This document shows positions 28,220 to 38,881 of a stretch of DNA of 53,636 nucleotides, piece after piece. This DNA comes from Candidatus Omnitrophota bacterium (GTDB lineage Bacteria; Omnitrophota; Gorgyraeia; JABMRN01; RBG-13-46-9): the NCBI GenBank assembly GCA_016782445.1, contig JADHYM010000003.1:1-53636 (forward strand), written 5' to 3'. Both the position numbers and the translations under genes were made by a program. Positions within the stretch are counted from its first letter, which is position 1, and each line of letters begins with the position of its first letter. The notes below the pieces were generated by a model. It did no database searches and was not told the origin of the DNA. It saw only the letters and a program-made list of their open reading frames with translations.

Positions 28220-28824
28220 AAACGATAGTAGGGTTGACCGGATGCTTCGGCAGCGGAAAAACTACCGTGGCCGGGTTTTTTAAAAATATGGGCGCCTATG
28301 TAATAGACGCAGATTCGCTCGTTCATGAAATATACTCACAAGATGTGCGCATAAAGCGAAAGATAATCGCGCAATTCGGAAAATGCGTAAGCGCGCCGCG
28401 CGATCGGATAGACCGCAAAAAATTGGGCGAAGCCGCATTCAAAAGCAGGAAGGCTTTGCGCAAGTTGTGCCGGATAATCCACCCGGAAGTGATCCGGCGC
28501 ATAAGGAGCCTGACCGGCAAAACAAAAAGAGAAATCGTCGTCATAGACGCGCCGCTTCTCCTGGAAGCAGGGCTTGTGGGCGCGGTAGACTTGGTCATTA
28601 CGGTAAAAGCGAGCAGAAAAAAAAGCATAGAAAGGTGCCTTAATAAAGGGTTTGGGCGGATGGACATACTGAGAAGGCTTTCGTTTCAGATCCCCATGCG
28701 GAAAAAAATCGCGTTAGCCGATTTCGTCATAGATAACAACTATTCGAAAGAAGAATCAAGAAAAAAAACAGCCATAATCTGGCAAGAACTAAGGAGGAAA
28801 AAAAATGGAAAAGGTTGCACTTGA
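28216..28824 (+). CDS. coaE: Dephospho-CoA kinase
   Basis: P-loop [13 protein letters not shown] and CoaE length. It overlaps the polA stop. Confidence 0.85.
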   Translation: MKTIVGLTGCFGSGKTTVAGFFKNMGAYVIDADSLVHEIYSQDVRIKRKIIAQFGKCVSAPRDRIDRKKLGEAAFKSRKALRKLCRIIHPEVIRRIRSLTGKTKREIVVIDAPLLLEAGLVGAVDLVITVKASRKKSIERCLNKGFGRMDILRRLSFQIPMRKKIALADFVIDNNYSKEESRKKTAIIWQELRRKKNGKGCT

Positions 28825-30067
28825 AACATTGCAGGAGATGAACATGTCGGAGCTTGCTAAGACAGCCAAGAGCTTGCGCATAAACGGCGTCAGCTCGCTT
28901 AAAAAGCAGGATCTTATATTTAAGATACTGCAGGCCAAAGCCGAAAAGGAGGGTCTCATATTCGGAGAGGGGGTTTTGGATATACTCCCGGATGGATTCG
29001 GTTTCCTGAGGAGTCATAATTATAATTACCTGCCGTGCCCGGACGATATATATATCTCGCCGTCCCAGATACGCAGATTTAATCTGCGCACCGGCGATAC
29101 TGTGAGCGGGCAGATACGCCCACCCAAAGAGGGGGAGAAGTATTTTGCGCTCCTAAAAGTAGAAGCTGTCAACTTCGAGGATCCGGAGAAGGCGAAGGAC
29201 AAAATACTTTTTGATAATCTCACTCCGCTTTACCCGAACGAACGATTTGTTCTGGAGACAAAGTCGGAAGAGATATCGATGAGGGTTATGGACCTTCTTA
29301 CTCCCGTTGGCAAGGGGCAACGCGGCACGATCGTGGCGCAGCCCTACAGCGGAAAAACCGTGCTTCTTCAAAAATTCGCCAACGCCGTGACGACGAATTA
29401 TCCCGATGTTGTTCTCATAGTGCTTTTAATCGATGAGCGGCCGGAAGAGGTAACGGATATGAAAAGATCTGTAAGGGGCGAGGTCATAAGCTCGACCTTT
29501 GACGAGCCGGCCGAGCGGCACATACAGGTAGCAGAGGTTGTTCTGGAGAAAGCGAAGCGCCTTGTAGAGCACAAGAAAGACGTAGTTATACTTCTCGACT
29601 CTATTACGCGCCTTGCCCGCGCGTATAACGTCGTTATGCCGCATTCCGGAAAGATATTGTCGGGGGGAGTGGATTCAAATGCGTTGCATAAACCGAAAAG
29701 ATTTTTTGGCGCAGCGCGAAACATAGAGGAAGGGGGGTCGTTAACGATCATCGCGACAGCCCTCGTTGATACCGGCTCCAGGATGGACGAGGTTATCTTT
29801 GAGGAATTCAAAGGAACAGGGAACATGGAAATACAACTGGATAGGGCACTTTTTCAGAGAAGGGTCTATCCGGCAATTGATATTAAGAAATCCAATACAA
29901 GAAAAGAGGAGCTTCTCGTCAAGGAGGATGAATTGCAGAAGATATGGCTGATGAGAAAGGTGTTAAACGACCTTAATTCGGTCGAGGCCATGGAGCTTTT
30001 AGTTGATAGGCTTAAAAAAACAAAATCAAATAAGGACTTTCTTAAGAGCATGAACCAGATGAAATAA
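28805..30067 (+). CDS. rho: Transcription termination factor Rho
   Basis: Rho_N ([13 protein letters not shown]), RNA-binding GFGFLR, Walker A AQPYSGKT, and the RecA-like ATPase core. Confidence 0.95.
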   Translation: MEKVALETLQEMNMSELAKTAKSLRINGVSSLKKQDLIFKILQAKAEKEGLIFGEGVLDILPDGFGFLRSHNYNYLPCPDDIYISPSQIRRFNLRTGDTVSGQIRPPKEGEKYFALLKVEAVNFEDPEKAKDKILFDNLTPLYPNERFVLETKSEEISMRVMDLLTPVGKGQRGTIVAQPYSGKTVLLQKFANAVTTNYPDVVLIVLLIDERPEEVTDMKRSVRGEVISSTFDEPAERHIQVAEVVLEKAKRLVEHKKDVVILLDSITRLARAYNVVMPHSGKILSGGVDSNALHKPKRFFGAARNIEEGGSLTIIATALVDTGSRMDEVIFEEFKGTGNMEIQLDRALFQRRVYPAIDIKKSNTRKEELLVKEDELQKIWLMRKVLNDLNSVEAMELLVDRLKKTKSNKDFLKSMNQMK

Positions 30068-30081
30068 TAAAGGAGGATAAA

Positions 30082-30384
30082 ATGAAAGAAAAGATACATC
30101 CCAAGTACCAGGAAACCACGATCGTGTGCGCATGCGGCGCCTCGATACATACAAGGAGCACGAAGCAGAACATCCATGTGGATGTATGCTCGAGCTGTCA
30201 TCCGTTTTTCACGGGCAAGCAAAAGCTCATGGATTCTGCCGGGCGTGTTGACAAGTTCAAGCGTCGCTACGAAAAAAAGAAAGAACAACCGAAGGCAAAA
30301 AAAGAATCTTCTAAGCCGTCCGCTTCGTCCGATCAAAAAGGACTAGATGTCCTGAATAACATAGAAGGCGTTGATAAGGAGTAA
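30082..30384 (+). CDS. rpmE: 50S ribosomal protein bL31 with Lys/Ser-rich C-terminal extension
   Basis: MKEKIHPKY...VCACGA...[16 protein letters not shown] core, plus about 35 extra residues. Confidence 0.9.
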   Translation: MKEKIHPKYQETTIVCACGASIHTRSTKQNIHVDVCSSCHPFFTGKQKLMDSAGRVDKFKRRYEKKKEQPKAKKESSKPSASSDQKGLDVLNNIEGVDKE

Positions 30385-30385
30385 A

Positions 30386-31450
30386 ATGTTTAAAGAGCTC
30401 GAAGAGAAAAAAGAGCGCTTTGACCGGCTCCATGACCTTTTGGCTGACCCCAAGGTTATAGCCAATACGAGCGAATACAGGAAGCTCGCGAAAGAGCTGG
30501 CGCGTCTCCGGAAGGTTATGATGAGGTATGACGAATACGAAAAAACCGAGGAAGAAATACGTTCTCTTGAGCGTGTTTTAAACGATGGATCACAGGAAGA
30601 AGAATTTTTGTCCCTGGCGCGCGAAGAAATCACTAACTTGCGCAAGCGGAGGAATGCTCTTTACGATGAGCTTGAAGAGCTAACAGCTGAAAAGGACCCA
30701 AACATTGACAAGGATGTCATTTTGGAGATCCGGCAGGGCACAGGTGGCGCTGAGGCCGGACTTTTTGCGCAGGATCTTTTCAGGATGTACGCAAGATACG
30801 CCACGGAAAAGAAATGGAAGACAGAGATTATTTCCATGAGCGCGACGGAAAAGGGCGGTATGAAAGAAGTCATATTTTCGATAAGCGGCGAAGGGGTCTA
30901 CGGGGCGCTCAAGTACGAAAGCGGGACCCATAGGGTCCAGCGCGTCCCGGCTACGGAAGCGAGCGGTAGGATCCATACTTCGGCAGCGACAGTAGCTGTT
31001 CTACCGGAAGCGGAAGATGTGGAAGTTGACATAAAACCACAGGACCTTAAGATCGACGTATTTCGCGCGGGTGGCCGGGGCGGTCAGCACGTGAACGTTA
31101 CTGATTCTGCGGTAAGAATAACGCACATGCCCACGGGGCTCGTTGTTTCGTGCCAGGACGAGCGCTCACAATATAAAAACAAGGCGAAGGCTATGCGGGT
31201 CCTGCGGGCAAGGCTTTTTGATCTTCTGCAAGCCGAGTATCGCAAAAAAATTTCGGCCAGTCGCAAGGTTCAGGTCGGCTCAGGCGACAGATCTGAAAAA
31301 ATCCGGACATATAATTTTCCCGACAGGCGCATTACCGATCACAGGATAGGCTTTACGGCACATAACCTTGAGGATGTTCTTAACGGGCGCCTGGACGATA
31401 TCGTGGCGGCGCTCAAAGACGCGGAAAAGAAAAAACAAAGCGCATCATGA
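30386..31450 (+). CDS. prfA: Peptide chain release factor 1
   Basis: PAT anticodon-like tripeptide (RVPATE) and GGQ (GGRGGQHVN). Start moved to ATG 30386, with AAGGAG upstream. Confidence 0.95.
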   Translation: MFKELEEKKERFDRLHDLLADPKVIANTSEYRKLAKELARLRKVMMRYDEYEKTEEEIRSLERVLNDGSQEEEFLSLAREEITNLRKRRNALYDELEELTAEKDPNIDKDVILEIRQGTGGAEAGLFAQDLFRMYARYATEKKWKTEIISMSATEKGGMKEVIFSISGEGVYGALKYESGTHRVQRVPATEASGRIHTSAATVAVLPEAEDVEVDIKPQDLKIDVFRAGGRGGQHVNVTDSAVRITHMPTGLVVSCQDERSQYKNKAKAMRVLRARLFDLLQAEYRKKISASRKVQVGSGDRSEKIRTYNFPDRRITDHRIGFTAHNLEDVLNGRLDDIVAALKDAEKKKQSAS

Positions 31451-32094
31451 TGAATACGGCACATTTTTTGGATTTTACCTTTAATACGGAAAATAATGCT
31501 TTTTTTCCACGGCCCGAGACCGAGATTTTGGTCGAGAAGGCGATTGAGTGCCTTTTGAAAAAAAAAGGTCTCGAATACCCCTATAATATCCTCGATATCG
31601 GCACCGGGTGCGGCAATATCGCAATAAGTTTGACAAAGTATCTTTCTTCAAGTAAAATAGTCGCTTCCGATATTTCCGATGAGGCGCTTCGGGTCGCTTC
31701 GGGCAACGCGGGGGTGTATGGCGCATCAGAATGCATTGATTTCATAAAAAGCGATTTATTCCGAAACCTCTCGAGCGCCTACCGTTTATATTTTGACCTC
31801 GTAGTGTCTAACCCGCCGTACGTATCGCTTGCGGATTTTTCCACCCTGCCGGAAGAAGTGCATAGCGACCCGTATAGAGCTTTATACGGCGGGAAAGACG
31901 GCTTGAAATTTTACAGGGAGATTATAAAATACGCTCCGATGTTTTTGAAGGAAAAAGGCCTTCTGATGATGGAGGCGGGATACGACCAGGCCGCGCGTAT
32001 AAAAGAAATGCTGGTAAATGCAGGCTTTGTGAATATAGTAATTTATAAGGATTATTCAGGGATAGACAGGATAGTGAAAGCTGAAAACGGATAA
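31447..32094 (+). CDS. prmC: Release-factor glutamine N5-methyltransferase, short form
   Basis: DIGTGCGNIA (motif I) and VSNPPYV (NPPY). At 215 aa it lacks the usual N-terminal helical domain. It is coupled to prfA. Confidence 0.75.
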   Translation: MMNTAHFLDFTFNTENNAFFPRPETEILVEKAIECLLKKKGLEYPYNILDIGTGCGNIAISLTKYLSSSKIVASDISDEALRVASGNAGVYGASECIDFIKSDLFRNLSSAYRLYFDLVVSNPPYVSLADFSTLPEEVHSDPYRALYGGKDGLKFYREIIKYAPMFLKEKGLLMMEAGYDQAARIKEMLVNAGFVNIVIYKDYSGIDRIVKAENG

Positions 32095-32109
32095 CCGAAA
32101 AACTGTATT

Positions 32110-33372
32110 ATGGAAAAACTGATAATAGAGGGCGGAAGGCGACTTGAGGGGTCCGTTCGCATAAGCGGTGCCAAAAACGCGGCGTTGCCTATAATGGCCG
32201 CGTCTCTTTTGACGAATGAGACGTGCACGATAAAGAACGTCCCGGCGCTTAGCGACATAGACACAATGATAAAAATCCTAAAAAACCTTGGTCTCTCGGC
32301 GGAAAAGCAATCCGGGACTCTTATTCTATCTGGTTCGTGCGGAAAAACAAAGGCGTCGTATGACCTTGTCAGCACGATGAGGGCTTCGGTTTGTGTTCTC
32401 GGGCCTTTATTGGGCAAAAACAGGCGTGCCGAAGTTTCATTTCCTGGAGGGTGCGTTATTGGGCCGAGGCCTATCGATCTCCATCTAAAGGGCATAGAGG
32501 CGCTGGGAGCAAAAATAGAGATAAAATCCGGCTATATTATCGCGAAAGCAAAACGCTTGAAGGGCGCGCGTATTTATCTCGGCGGGCATTTTGGCTCGAG
32601 CGTTCTGGCGACGGCAAATACGATGATGGCGGCGGTTTTAGCCGAAGGAGTTACTGTTATCGAAAATTCGGCCTGCGAGCCCGAGATAGTGGATCTGGCG
32701 AATTTCTTAATTTCAATGGGCGCGAGGATCGAGGGGCAATCAACGCCTACGATAAAAATAAAAGGCGTAAAAAAACTTCATGGCGCAGTGCACAGCGTTA
32801 TTCCCGACCGCGTCGAGACAGGCACTTATATGATGGCGGGGATTATTACGGGAGGCGACGTATTTCTAAAAGACGCGCGGCCTGACTATATCATAGCGCT
32901 TATTGACAAGCTTACCGAATGCGGGGCGAAGATAAAAGAATTGCCCGGGGGTCTCAGGGTTCAGGGAAAAAAAAGGATGAAACCCGTAGCGGTTACGACC
33001 CTTCCATATCCCGGCTTTCCGACTGACATGCAGGCGCAGGCAATGAGCGTGCTGTGCCTGGCAGACGGAATAAGCGTGATAACTGAAAAAATTTTTCCGG
33101 AAAGATTTATTCATATAAGTGAACTGAGTCGCATGGGAGCCCGTATAATGCTTGAAGGCCCACACGCTATCATCGAGGGCGTTAAGCGTCTGAGCGGCGC
33201 GCGGGTAATGGCATCGGATCTTCGGGCGTCTGCGGCTTTGGTTCTCGCGGGGCTCGCCGCTCGTGGCAAGACAGAGATCAGTCGCATATATCACCTTGAC
33301 CGCGGATATGAGAAATTGGATAAGAAACTTAGAGGGATAGGGGCGAGTATTTGGAGAGAAAAAGATAAATAA
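32110..33372 (+). CDS. murA: UDP-N-acetylglucosamine 1-carboxyvinyltransferase
   Basis: ISGAKNAALP and PGGCVIGPRPIDLH (catalytic Cys loop), in an EPSP-synthase-like fold. Confidence 0.95.
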   Translation: MEKLIIEGGRRLEGSVRISGAKNAALPIMAASLLTNETCTIKNVPALSDIDTMIKILKNLGLSAEKQSGTLILSGSCGKTKASYDLVSTMRASVCVLGPLLGKNRRAEVSFPGGCVIGPRPIDLHLKGIEALGAKIEIKSGYIIAKAKRLKGARIYLGGHFGSSVLATANTMMAAVLAEGVTVIENSACEPEIVDLANFLISMGARIEGQSTPTIKIKGVKKLHGAVHSVIPDRVETGTYMMAGIITGGDVFLKDARPDYIIALIDKLTECGAKIKELPGGLRVQGKKRMKPVAVTTLPYPGFPTDMQAQAMSVLCLADGISVITEKIFPERFIHISELSRMGARIMLEGPHAIIEGVKRLSGARVMASDLRASAALVLAGLAARGKTEISRIYHLDRGYEKLDKKLRGIGASIWREKDK

Positions 33373-33384
33373 GGAGGTTTAGGA

Positions 33385-33627
33385 ATGGCTGTAGTTTTAA
33401 GGCTTAAAAGAATGGGAGCGAACAAGAAACCTTTTTTCAGGATAGTGGCTGCTGAAAGAACGAGTCCACGGGACGGCCGCTTCATTGAGCAGCTTGGTTA
33501 CTATGATCCCAAGAAAAACCCGGCTGAAATAAAGATAGATGAAAAAAAGGTTGTAAATTGGCTCAAAAACGGCGCGCAACCGTCCGCAACCGTAAAGAGC
33601 CTTTTGAAGAAGCAGGGTATTAAATAG
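33385..33627 (+). CDS. rpsP: 30S ribosomal protein bS16
   Basis: [24 protein letters not shown]. Confidence 0.95.
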   Translation: MAVVLRLKRMGANKKPFFRIVAAERTSPRDGRFIEQLGYYDPKKNPAEIKIDEKKVVNWLKNGAQPSATVKSLLKKQGIK

Positions 33628-33679
33628 TTTTTGTCACAGGTTGCAGGTTTTATAGTCAGTAACCTGAAACTAAAAGAAT

Positions 33680-34345
33680 ATGAAGATAGACGTACTTACA
33701 TTATTCCCGAACATGTTTACCAACGTGCTCGGAGAATCTATGCTCAAAATAGCGCAGAAGAAGAAAAAAGTAAAAATACGCATACACAATTTAAGGGACT
33801 GGACCAATGACAGGCATAAGACAGCGGATGATAAGCCATACGGAGGCGGCTCAGGCATGGTCATGAAGGTGGAGCCGATATGCAAGGCTCTTACCGATAT
33901 AGCGCGTAAAAAAACTAGAATCATATTACTTACCCCAAAGGGGAAACGTTTCAATCAGGAAATGGCAAAGGAACTGTCCTGCGAAAAGCATGTTGTATGC
34001 ATTGCCGGCCATTATGAGGGGATCGACGAGCGCGTTAAGGGATTTGTAACCGACGAGGTTTCTATAGGCGATTATATTCTTACGGGTGGAGAAATACCCG
34101 CTATGGTTATTGTCGACGCAATTACGAGGCTTATTCCGGGAGTCTTAGGCGGTGAGGGTTCATTAAATGAGGAATCATTTGAGAAAGGGCATCTTGAATA
34201 TCCGCAGTACACCAGGCCCAGGGTATTTCAATCCGTGCCTGTGCCGGAGGTTCTCTTAAGTGGAGACCACAAGCGTATAAAAAATTGGCGGAAGAAAAAA
34301 GCAATCAAGATAAAACCTGCTTGCGGGCAGACAGGGAGGAGATAA
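33680..34345 (+). CDS. trmD: tRNA (guanine37-N1)-methyltransferase
   Basis: [23 protein letters not shown] and [10 protein letters not shown]. Confidence 0.9.
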   Translation: MKIDVLTLFPNMFTNVLGESMLKIAQKKKKVKIRIHNLRDWTNDRHKTADDKPYGGGSGMVMKVEPICKALTDIARKKTRIILLTPKGKRFNQEMAKELSCEKHVVCIAGHYEGIDERVKGFVTDEVSIGDYILTGGEIPAMVIVDAITRLIPGVLGGEGSLNEESFEKGHLEYPQYTRPRVFQSVPVPEVLLSGDHKRIKNWRKKKAIKIKPACGQTGRR

Positions 34346-34346
34346 T

Positions 34347-34679
34347 ATGGAAGAAAAAACGAGATTCAGCGTAGGCGACACCGTGCGCGTGCACGTAAAA
34401 ATTAAAGAAGAGGGAAAAACCCGAACGCAGGTGTTTGAAGGCATTGTAATCAAAAGGAAGGGTAGCGGTCCGGGGAAAATGTTTACTGTGCGCCGTATAT
34501 CTTACGGCGAGGGCGTGGAACGCACGTTCCCGCTTCATTCGCCTTCCATAAGCAAGATCGAAGTGAAGAGGAAAGGTGCTGTAAGAAAAGCCAAGCTTTA
34601 TTACCTTCGGAAAAAAATCGGGAAGGCGTCAAAAATTGAGGAAAAAATCGAAACTACTCCACGAGCGGAGGGCGAATAG
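34347..34679 (+). CDS. rplS: 50S ribosomal protein bL19
   Basis: [26 protein letters not shown]...[21 protein letters not shown]. Confidence 0.95.
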   Translation: MEEKTRFSVGDTVRVHVKIKEEGKTRTQVFEGIVIKRKGSGPGKMFTVRRISYGEGVERTFPLHSPSISKIEVKRKGAVRKAKLYYLRKKIGKASKIEEKIETTPRAEGE

Positions 34680-35244
34680 GCTGGGCCATAGCGCTATAGC
34701 CGGTGTCGATGAGGCAGGGCGTGGGCCGTTGGCCGGGCCGGTTGTTGCGGCGGCTCTCCTTCTCAGGGACACGAATTTCAAAGCGCGCATCGATGATTCA
34801 AAAAAACTTACCCCGCGCGCGCGTCTTGCGGCATACCGGGAAATCATAAAAAAATCCTGTTTCGGAATCGGTATTGCGAGCGAAAAGGTCATAGACAGGA
34901 TAAACATCTATAACGCTACGCGCCGGGTGATGGAGGAGGCAATAGAAAAGCTTCCTGTAAAACCTGACTACCTCTTGATAGACGGCAGGATAAGGTTAAA
35001 TACGCCGCACAAAAAGTGCTGTATCGTGGGCGGCGACTCAAAGAGTCTTACCGTTGCCTGCGCCTCGATAGTCGCCAAGGTCACGCGCGACCGCATAATG
35101 GAGAAATACCACCGGAAGTACCCGAAATACAATTTTGCCCGCCACAAGGGGTACGGGACAAAAGAGCACTTTGCCAGGATTAAGGCTCATGGCCCGTGTC
35201 CTATCCACCGACGTAGCTTCAGTCCTGTAAAAAACCTCGTATGA
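34636..35244 (+). CDS. rnhB: Ribonuclease HII
   Basis: [23 protein letters not shown] and GGDSKS. Confidence 0.9.
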   Translation: MRKKSKLLHERRANRLGHSAIAGVDEAGRGPLAGPVVAAALLLRDTNFKARIDDSKKLTPRARLAAYREIIKKSCFGIGIASEKVIDRINIYNATRRVMEEAIEKLPVKPDYLLIDGRIRLNTPHKKCCIVGGDSKSLTVACASIVAKVTRDRIMEKYHRKYPKYNFARHKGYGTKEHFARIKAHGPCPIHRRSFSPVKNLV

Positions 35245-35250
35245 TTTTTT

Positions 35251-35326
35251 AACCCGGTTGCGGTTTACGCAACCCTCCTACGACCGACGTTTCGCGCGAC
35301 GCAATCGCAACTGATTGACGCAACCG
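35251..35326 (-). repeat. Dispersed intergenic repeat, copy D (inverted, medium length)
   Basis: The reverse complement, gcgtcaatcagttgcgattgcgtcgcgcgaaacgtcggtcgtagg..., matches copy A (tcgtcaatcggttgcggttgcgtcgcgcgaaacgttggtcgtagg) with 4 substitutions over about 45 nt. Confidence 0.8.
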
Positions 35327-35353
35327 TGTAAGGTAGTCAGAATTTCTATCTCC

Positions 35354-35382
35354 TTGACAAAGCTACCCGTATTTAATATAAT
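35354..35382 (+). promoter_or_regulatory. Consensus sigma70 promoter of fhs operon
   Basis: TTGACA (35354-35359), 17 nt spacer, TATAAT (35377-35382). Confidence 0.7.
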
Positions 35383-35413
35383 TAAATGCTACTTTAACCA
35401 AAAGGAGCTAGAA

Positions 35414-37201
35414 ATGATGAAACGCCGGAAATTGAAGAAAAAAGTAAAAAAAATCGTAAAAATCAAAAAAACGCCTGCTCCAAAGCCGGCTAAAAAAGTA
35501 AAAAAAATCCCTCTTAAACCCATCGAAACGGTCGCCCGTTCCATCGGCATAAAGAAAAAATTTCTGGAAAACCATGGCCCGTACGCGGCTAAGATAAACC
35601 TTGATATTTTAATGTCTAAACGCAAGAAGAAGGACTCAAGGTACATACTTGTTACCTCGATAACGCCTACGCCTTTCGGGGAAGGAAAAACCGTAACAAC
35701 CATAGGGCTTTCGATGGCGCTAAATAAGCTAAAGAAAAAGGCCGTTGCCTGCATAAGTCAGCCTTCAGTCGCTCTTCTTATGGGCGCCAAGGGCCCAGGC
35801 ACCGGTTTTGGCTTTTCGCAGGTCCTGCCGTTTGAAGACATAAGCATGTACTTAACTTACGATACGAACGCAGTAGAGACTGCGCATAATTTCTGCGCAT
35901 CTGTTTTAGACGATTCAATATTCCGCGGCAACCCGCTTGGGTTTGACCTCGACAATATTGTTTGGAAAAGGGTTTCGGGGATCGAGGATAGGGCCCTGAG
36001 AAATGTAAATATTGGGCTGGGCGGAAAATCAGAAGGCGTAGCTCGAAAAACAGGTTTTGAAATAACAGCCGCGAGCGAGCTCATGGCACTTTTGGAAATA
36101 GCCGAGAGTCTTACAGATCTCAAGAATCGGGTTGACCGAATAACGGTCGGGTTTACAAAAACCGGAAAGCCCATTACCTGCGAAGATCTTAAGATCTCTG
36201 GTGCGATTGCCGTAATGCTGAAAAATGCGATGAGTCCGACTATCATAGAGACTCAGGAAGGCACGCCTTGCTTTATGCACGCGGGGTCCTTCGGGAACAT
36301 ATCTTACGGGCAGACCTCGCTTGTTGCGGACAGGATAGGGCTTAAACATTGCGAGTATGTTATTACCGAGAGCGGTGCCTCTGCCGAGCTTGGCGCCGAG
36401 AAGTTTTTTGACCTAAAATGCAGGGCCTCTGGCTTAACGCCGGATGCAGTGGTTCTCGTGTGTACGGTGAGGGGTCTTAAAATGCACTCGGGCGATTACG
36501 AAATAAGCAAGACGAAAAAGATACCCAGGGACATAGCACGCGAAAACATATCCTCTGTCGAGCGGGGGCTTTCGAATCTTGAAAAGCAGGTTGAAAATCT
36601 AGAGGTTTTCGGAATTCCGATAGTTTTATGCGTGAACAGGTTTCCCGATGATACGGAAAAAGAGATAGCTGCAATAAGGCGGCGCGCCGAAAGCTTAAAT
36701 ATCCGGCATGTGGCAGTAAGTGAGGCGTGCTCCAGGGGTTCGGAGGGCGCCGAGGCGCTAGCCCGGGAAGTCATAGCTGCCTCGAAAACCAGGTCCAAAC
36801 CGCGTTACCTGTACCCGCTTGATTTACCCACGAAGGATAAGGTGAAACGAATCGCAAAGAGCCTTTACGGCGCGAAGGAGATCGCGTATTCCGACGAGGT
36901 AAATAAGAAGCTTCTATTCTATAAAAAACTGAAACTTGATAATTTGCCTGTCTGCATGGCAAAGACCGGCCTTTCGCTTTCGCACAACCCTAAGAAAAAA
37001 GGACGCCCCCACGGGTTCAAGCTGCCCGTAACCGACGTAACGCCTTTTACGGGCGCGGGATTCATTAACGTATTTTGCGATGACATAACGACAATGCCGA
37101 GCTTGCCTTCTGTAATACGGGCGACTCGCATAGAAATGGACCAAGAGGGAAAAGTAAAAGGTTTAAAAGATGGCCGTAATCACAAAAACAATACAGCTTG
37201 A
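35414..37201 (+). CDS. fhs: Formate--tetrahydrofolate ligase with Lys-rich N-terminal extension
   Basis: The FTHFS core starts at about IETVARSIGI and contains TPTPFGEGKTVTTIGL. Start chosen at ATG 35414 (AAAGGAG upstream), downstream of the promoter. The first ~40 aa are MMKRRKLKKKVKKIVKIKKTPAPKPAKKVKKIPLKP. Confidence 0.9.
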   Translation: MMKRRKLKKKVKKIVKIKKTPAPKPAKKVKKIPLKPIETVARSIGIKKKFLENHGPYAAKINLDILMSKRKKKDSRYILVTSITPTPFGEGKTVTTIGLSMALNKLKKKAVACISQPSVALLMGAKGPGTGFGFSQVLPFEDISMYLTYDTNAVETAHNFCASVLDDSIFRGNPLGFDLDNIVWKRVSGIEDRALRNVNIGLGGKSEGVARKTGFEITAASELMALLEIAESLTDLKNRVDRITVGFTKTGKPITCEDLKISGAIAVMLKNAMSPTIIETQEGTPCFMHAGSFGNISYGQTSLVADRIGLKHCEYVITESGASAELGAEKFFDLKCRASGLTPDAVVLVCTVRGLKMHSGDYEISKTKKIPRDIARENISSVERGLSNLEKQVENLEVFGIPIVLCVNRFPDDTEKEIAAIRRRAESLNIRHVAVSEACSRGSEGAEALAREVIAASKTRSKPRYLYPLDLPTKDKVKRIAKSLYGAKEIAYSDEVNKKLLFYKKLKLDNLPVCMAKTGLSLSHNPKKKGRPHGFKLPVTDVTPFTGAGFINVFCDDITTMPSLPSVIRATRIEMDQEGKVKGLKDGRNHKNNTA

Positions 37202-37595
37202 GACAAAGGGCGAGACCGACATAATCGACATAACAAAGCGTGTTGCGGAGGCGTTTCGCAAATCCGAACTTGTTAATGGCGCGGTTACTATCTTTGTGTC
37301 CGGTGCCACGGGAGCCTTGACAACGGTTGAATTTGAGGACGGCCTCATACAGGACCTGAAGACCGCGTTTGAAAAGATAGCTCCGCGACGAGCCGATTAC
37401 GCGCACAATCTGCGATGGTCTGACGGTAACGGCTTTTCCCATGTCCGGGCCTCACTTCTGGGCCCGAGCCTTTCTGTTCCGTTTTCTAAGGGTAAGCTTC
37501 TGCTCGGAACGTGGCAGCAGATCATATTTATTGATTTCGATAACCGGCCGCGCTCCCGGGAGCTCGTGTTTCAATTTATAGGCGATAAAAAATGA
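37170..37595 (+). CDS. YjbQ/UPF0047 family protein (secondary thiamine-phosphate synthase-like)
   Basis: GAVTIFVSGATGALTTVEFE...GNGFSHVRASLLGPS...LLLGTWQQIIFIDFD is the family pattern. Confidence 0.8.
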   Translation: MAVITKTIQLETKGETDIIDITKRVAEAFRKSELVNGAVTIFVSGATGALTTVEFEDGLIQDLKTAFEKIAPRRADYAHNLRWSDGNGFSHVRASLLGPSLSVPFSKGKLLLGTWQQIIFIDFDNRPRSRELVFQFIGDKK

Positions 37596-38881
37596 GCCCT
37601 GCTTTACAGCTTGCCCTTGATTTCGTGAACCTCAAAAGAGCATTGAAAATTGCCGAAAAGGCGGTGCCGCGAGGTGTCGACCGGATAGAGGCCGGGACGC
37701 CGCTTATTAAATCGGAAGGCCTGGATGTCGTTCGTGCGCTCAGGCGGAAATTTCCGAATAAAACAATAGTAGCGGATATGAAGATCATGGATGCCGGGAG
37801 GATCGAGGTTGAATCGGCGGCGAAATCCGGTGCGAATGTCATTACGGTCCTGGGTGCGGCTTCCGACGCGACTTTACGCGAATCTGTGGAAGCAGCGGCG
37901 AATTACGGCGCGAAAATCGAGGTTGATTTGGTAGGAGTGAAAAACGCTCCGCGTCGCGCGGCCGAGGCCGAAAAAATCGGAGCTGATTTTATCGGGGTTC
38001 ATTGCGCGATTGACGAGCAGATGGAAGGCAAGGACTCTTTTAAAAGATTAACGGATGTGGTAAATGCCGTTAAGATACCGGTCGTGGTTGCCGGAGGATT
38101 GAATTCCGAAACGGTCAGAAAAGCGATAGCGTGCGGCGCAAGCATCTTAGTCGTGGGTGGGGCGATCATAAAAGCAAGCGATCCGGCAAAGGCGACCTCG
38201 CGCATTAAGACCGCGATCACAAGAAAAAAAAGCTTAAAGACAAAATTTTTTAAACGCGTTTCCGAAAAAAACATTTGTGACATTTTTAGAAAAGTTTCAA
38301 CCGCCAACCTTTCCGATGCAATGCACCGCTCGGGTGAGCTAAAAAACATACCACCCGTTCACAAGCCGGTAAAGGCCTTCGGCCGTGTGATTACGGTTAG
38401 AACCTATCCCGGGGACTGGGCAAAGCCGGTTGAGGCTGTTGACCGTGCCAATCCGGGCGACGTTATCGTGATCGATGCCGGAGGCGTGGGCCCGGCCGTG
38501 TGGGGCGAACTCACCACGCACGGAGCGATCCAGAAAAAAATAGCGGCCGTCATAATAAACGGCGCGGTGCGCGATACAGACGAAATTAAAAAACTTAAGT
38601 TTCCGGTATGCGCGCGCCTTATAACGCCGACGGCCGGCGAGCCCAAGGGTTTCGGAGAGATAAACGTGCCACTTACGGTGGACGGCGTAAAGATCCATCC
38701 CGGCGACTGGGCGGTTATTGATTCCGACGGCGCCGTGATCGTTCCGGATAAGAAGGCGGTAGAAATCGCAAACCGCTCGATGAGCGTTCTCGAGGCGGAA
38801 AATCGTCTCCGAAAAGAGATAGACGCAGGCAGTACCCTTGCCGGAGTAACAGAGCTTTTGCGATGGGAAAAGGTACGATAA
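37592..38881 (+). CDS. Fusion of 3-hexulose-6-phosphate synthase-like (OMP decarboxylase fold) and RraA-like aldolase/decarboxylase domains
   Basis: N-terminal half: LQLALDF...IEAGTPLIKSEGL...IVADMKIMDAG...VVVAGGLN...LVVGGAIIKASDP (HPS/KGPDC pattern). C-terminal half: STANLSDAM...GDVIVIDAGG...AVWGELTT...VIINGAVRD (RraA/HMG-aldolase pattern). Confidence 0.7.
   Translation: MSPALQLALDFVNLKRALKIAEKAVPRGVDRIEAGTPLIKSEGLDVVRALRRKFPNKTIVADMKIMDAGRIEVESAAKSGANVITVLGAASDATLRESVEAAANYGAKIEVDLVGVKNAPRRAAEAEKIGADFIGVHCAIDEQMEGKDSFKRLTDVVNAVKIPVVVAGGLNSETVRKAIACGASILVVGGAIIKASDPAKATSRIKTAITRKKSLKTKFFKRVSEKNICDIFRKVSTANLSDAMHRSGELKNIPPVHKPVKAFGRVITVRTYPGDWAKPVEAVDRANPGDVIVIDAGGVGPAVWGELTTHGAIQKKIAAVIINGAVRDTDEIKKLKFPVCARLITPTAGEPKGFGEINVPLTVDGVKIHPGDWAVIDSDGAVIVPDKKAVEIANRSMSVLEAENRLRKEIDAGSTLAGVTELLRWEKVR

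Noticed and set aside
32391-32885. 164-aa alternative-frame + strand ORF within murA
   Set aside because: It is an Arg/Gly-rich off-frame translation of a conserved gene, with no independent signals.
33628-33679. Absence of rimM (and the KH-domain gene) between rpsP and trmD
   Set aside because: This is a gene-order or gene-content variation that cannot be evaluated from one window, since rimM may be elsewhere. The spacer shows only a weak hairpin.
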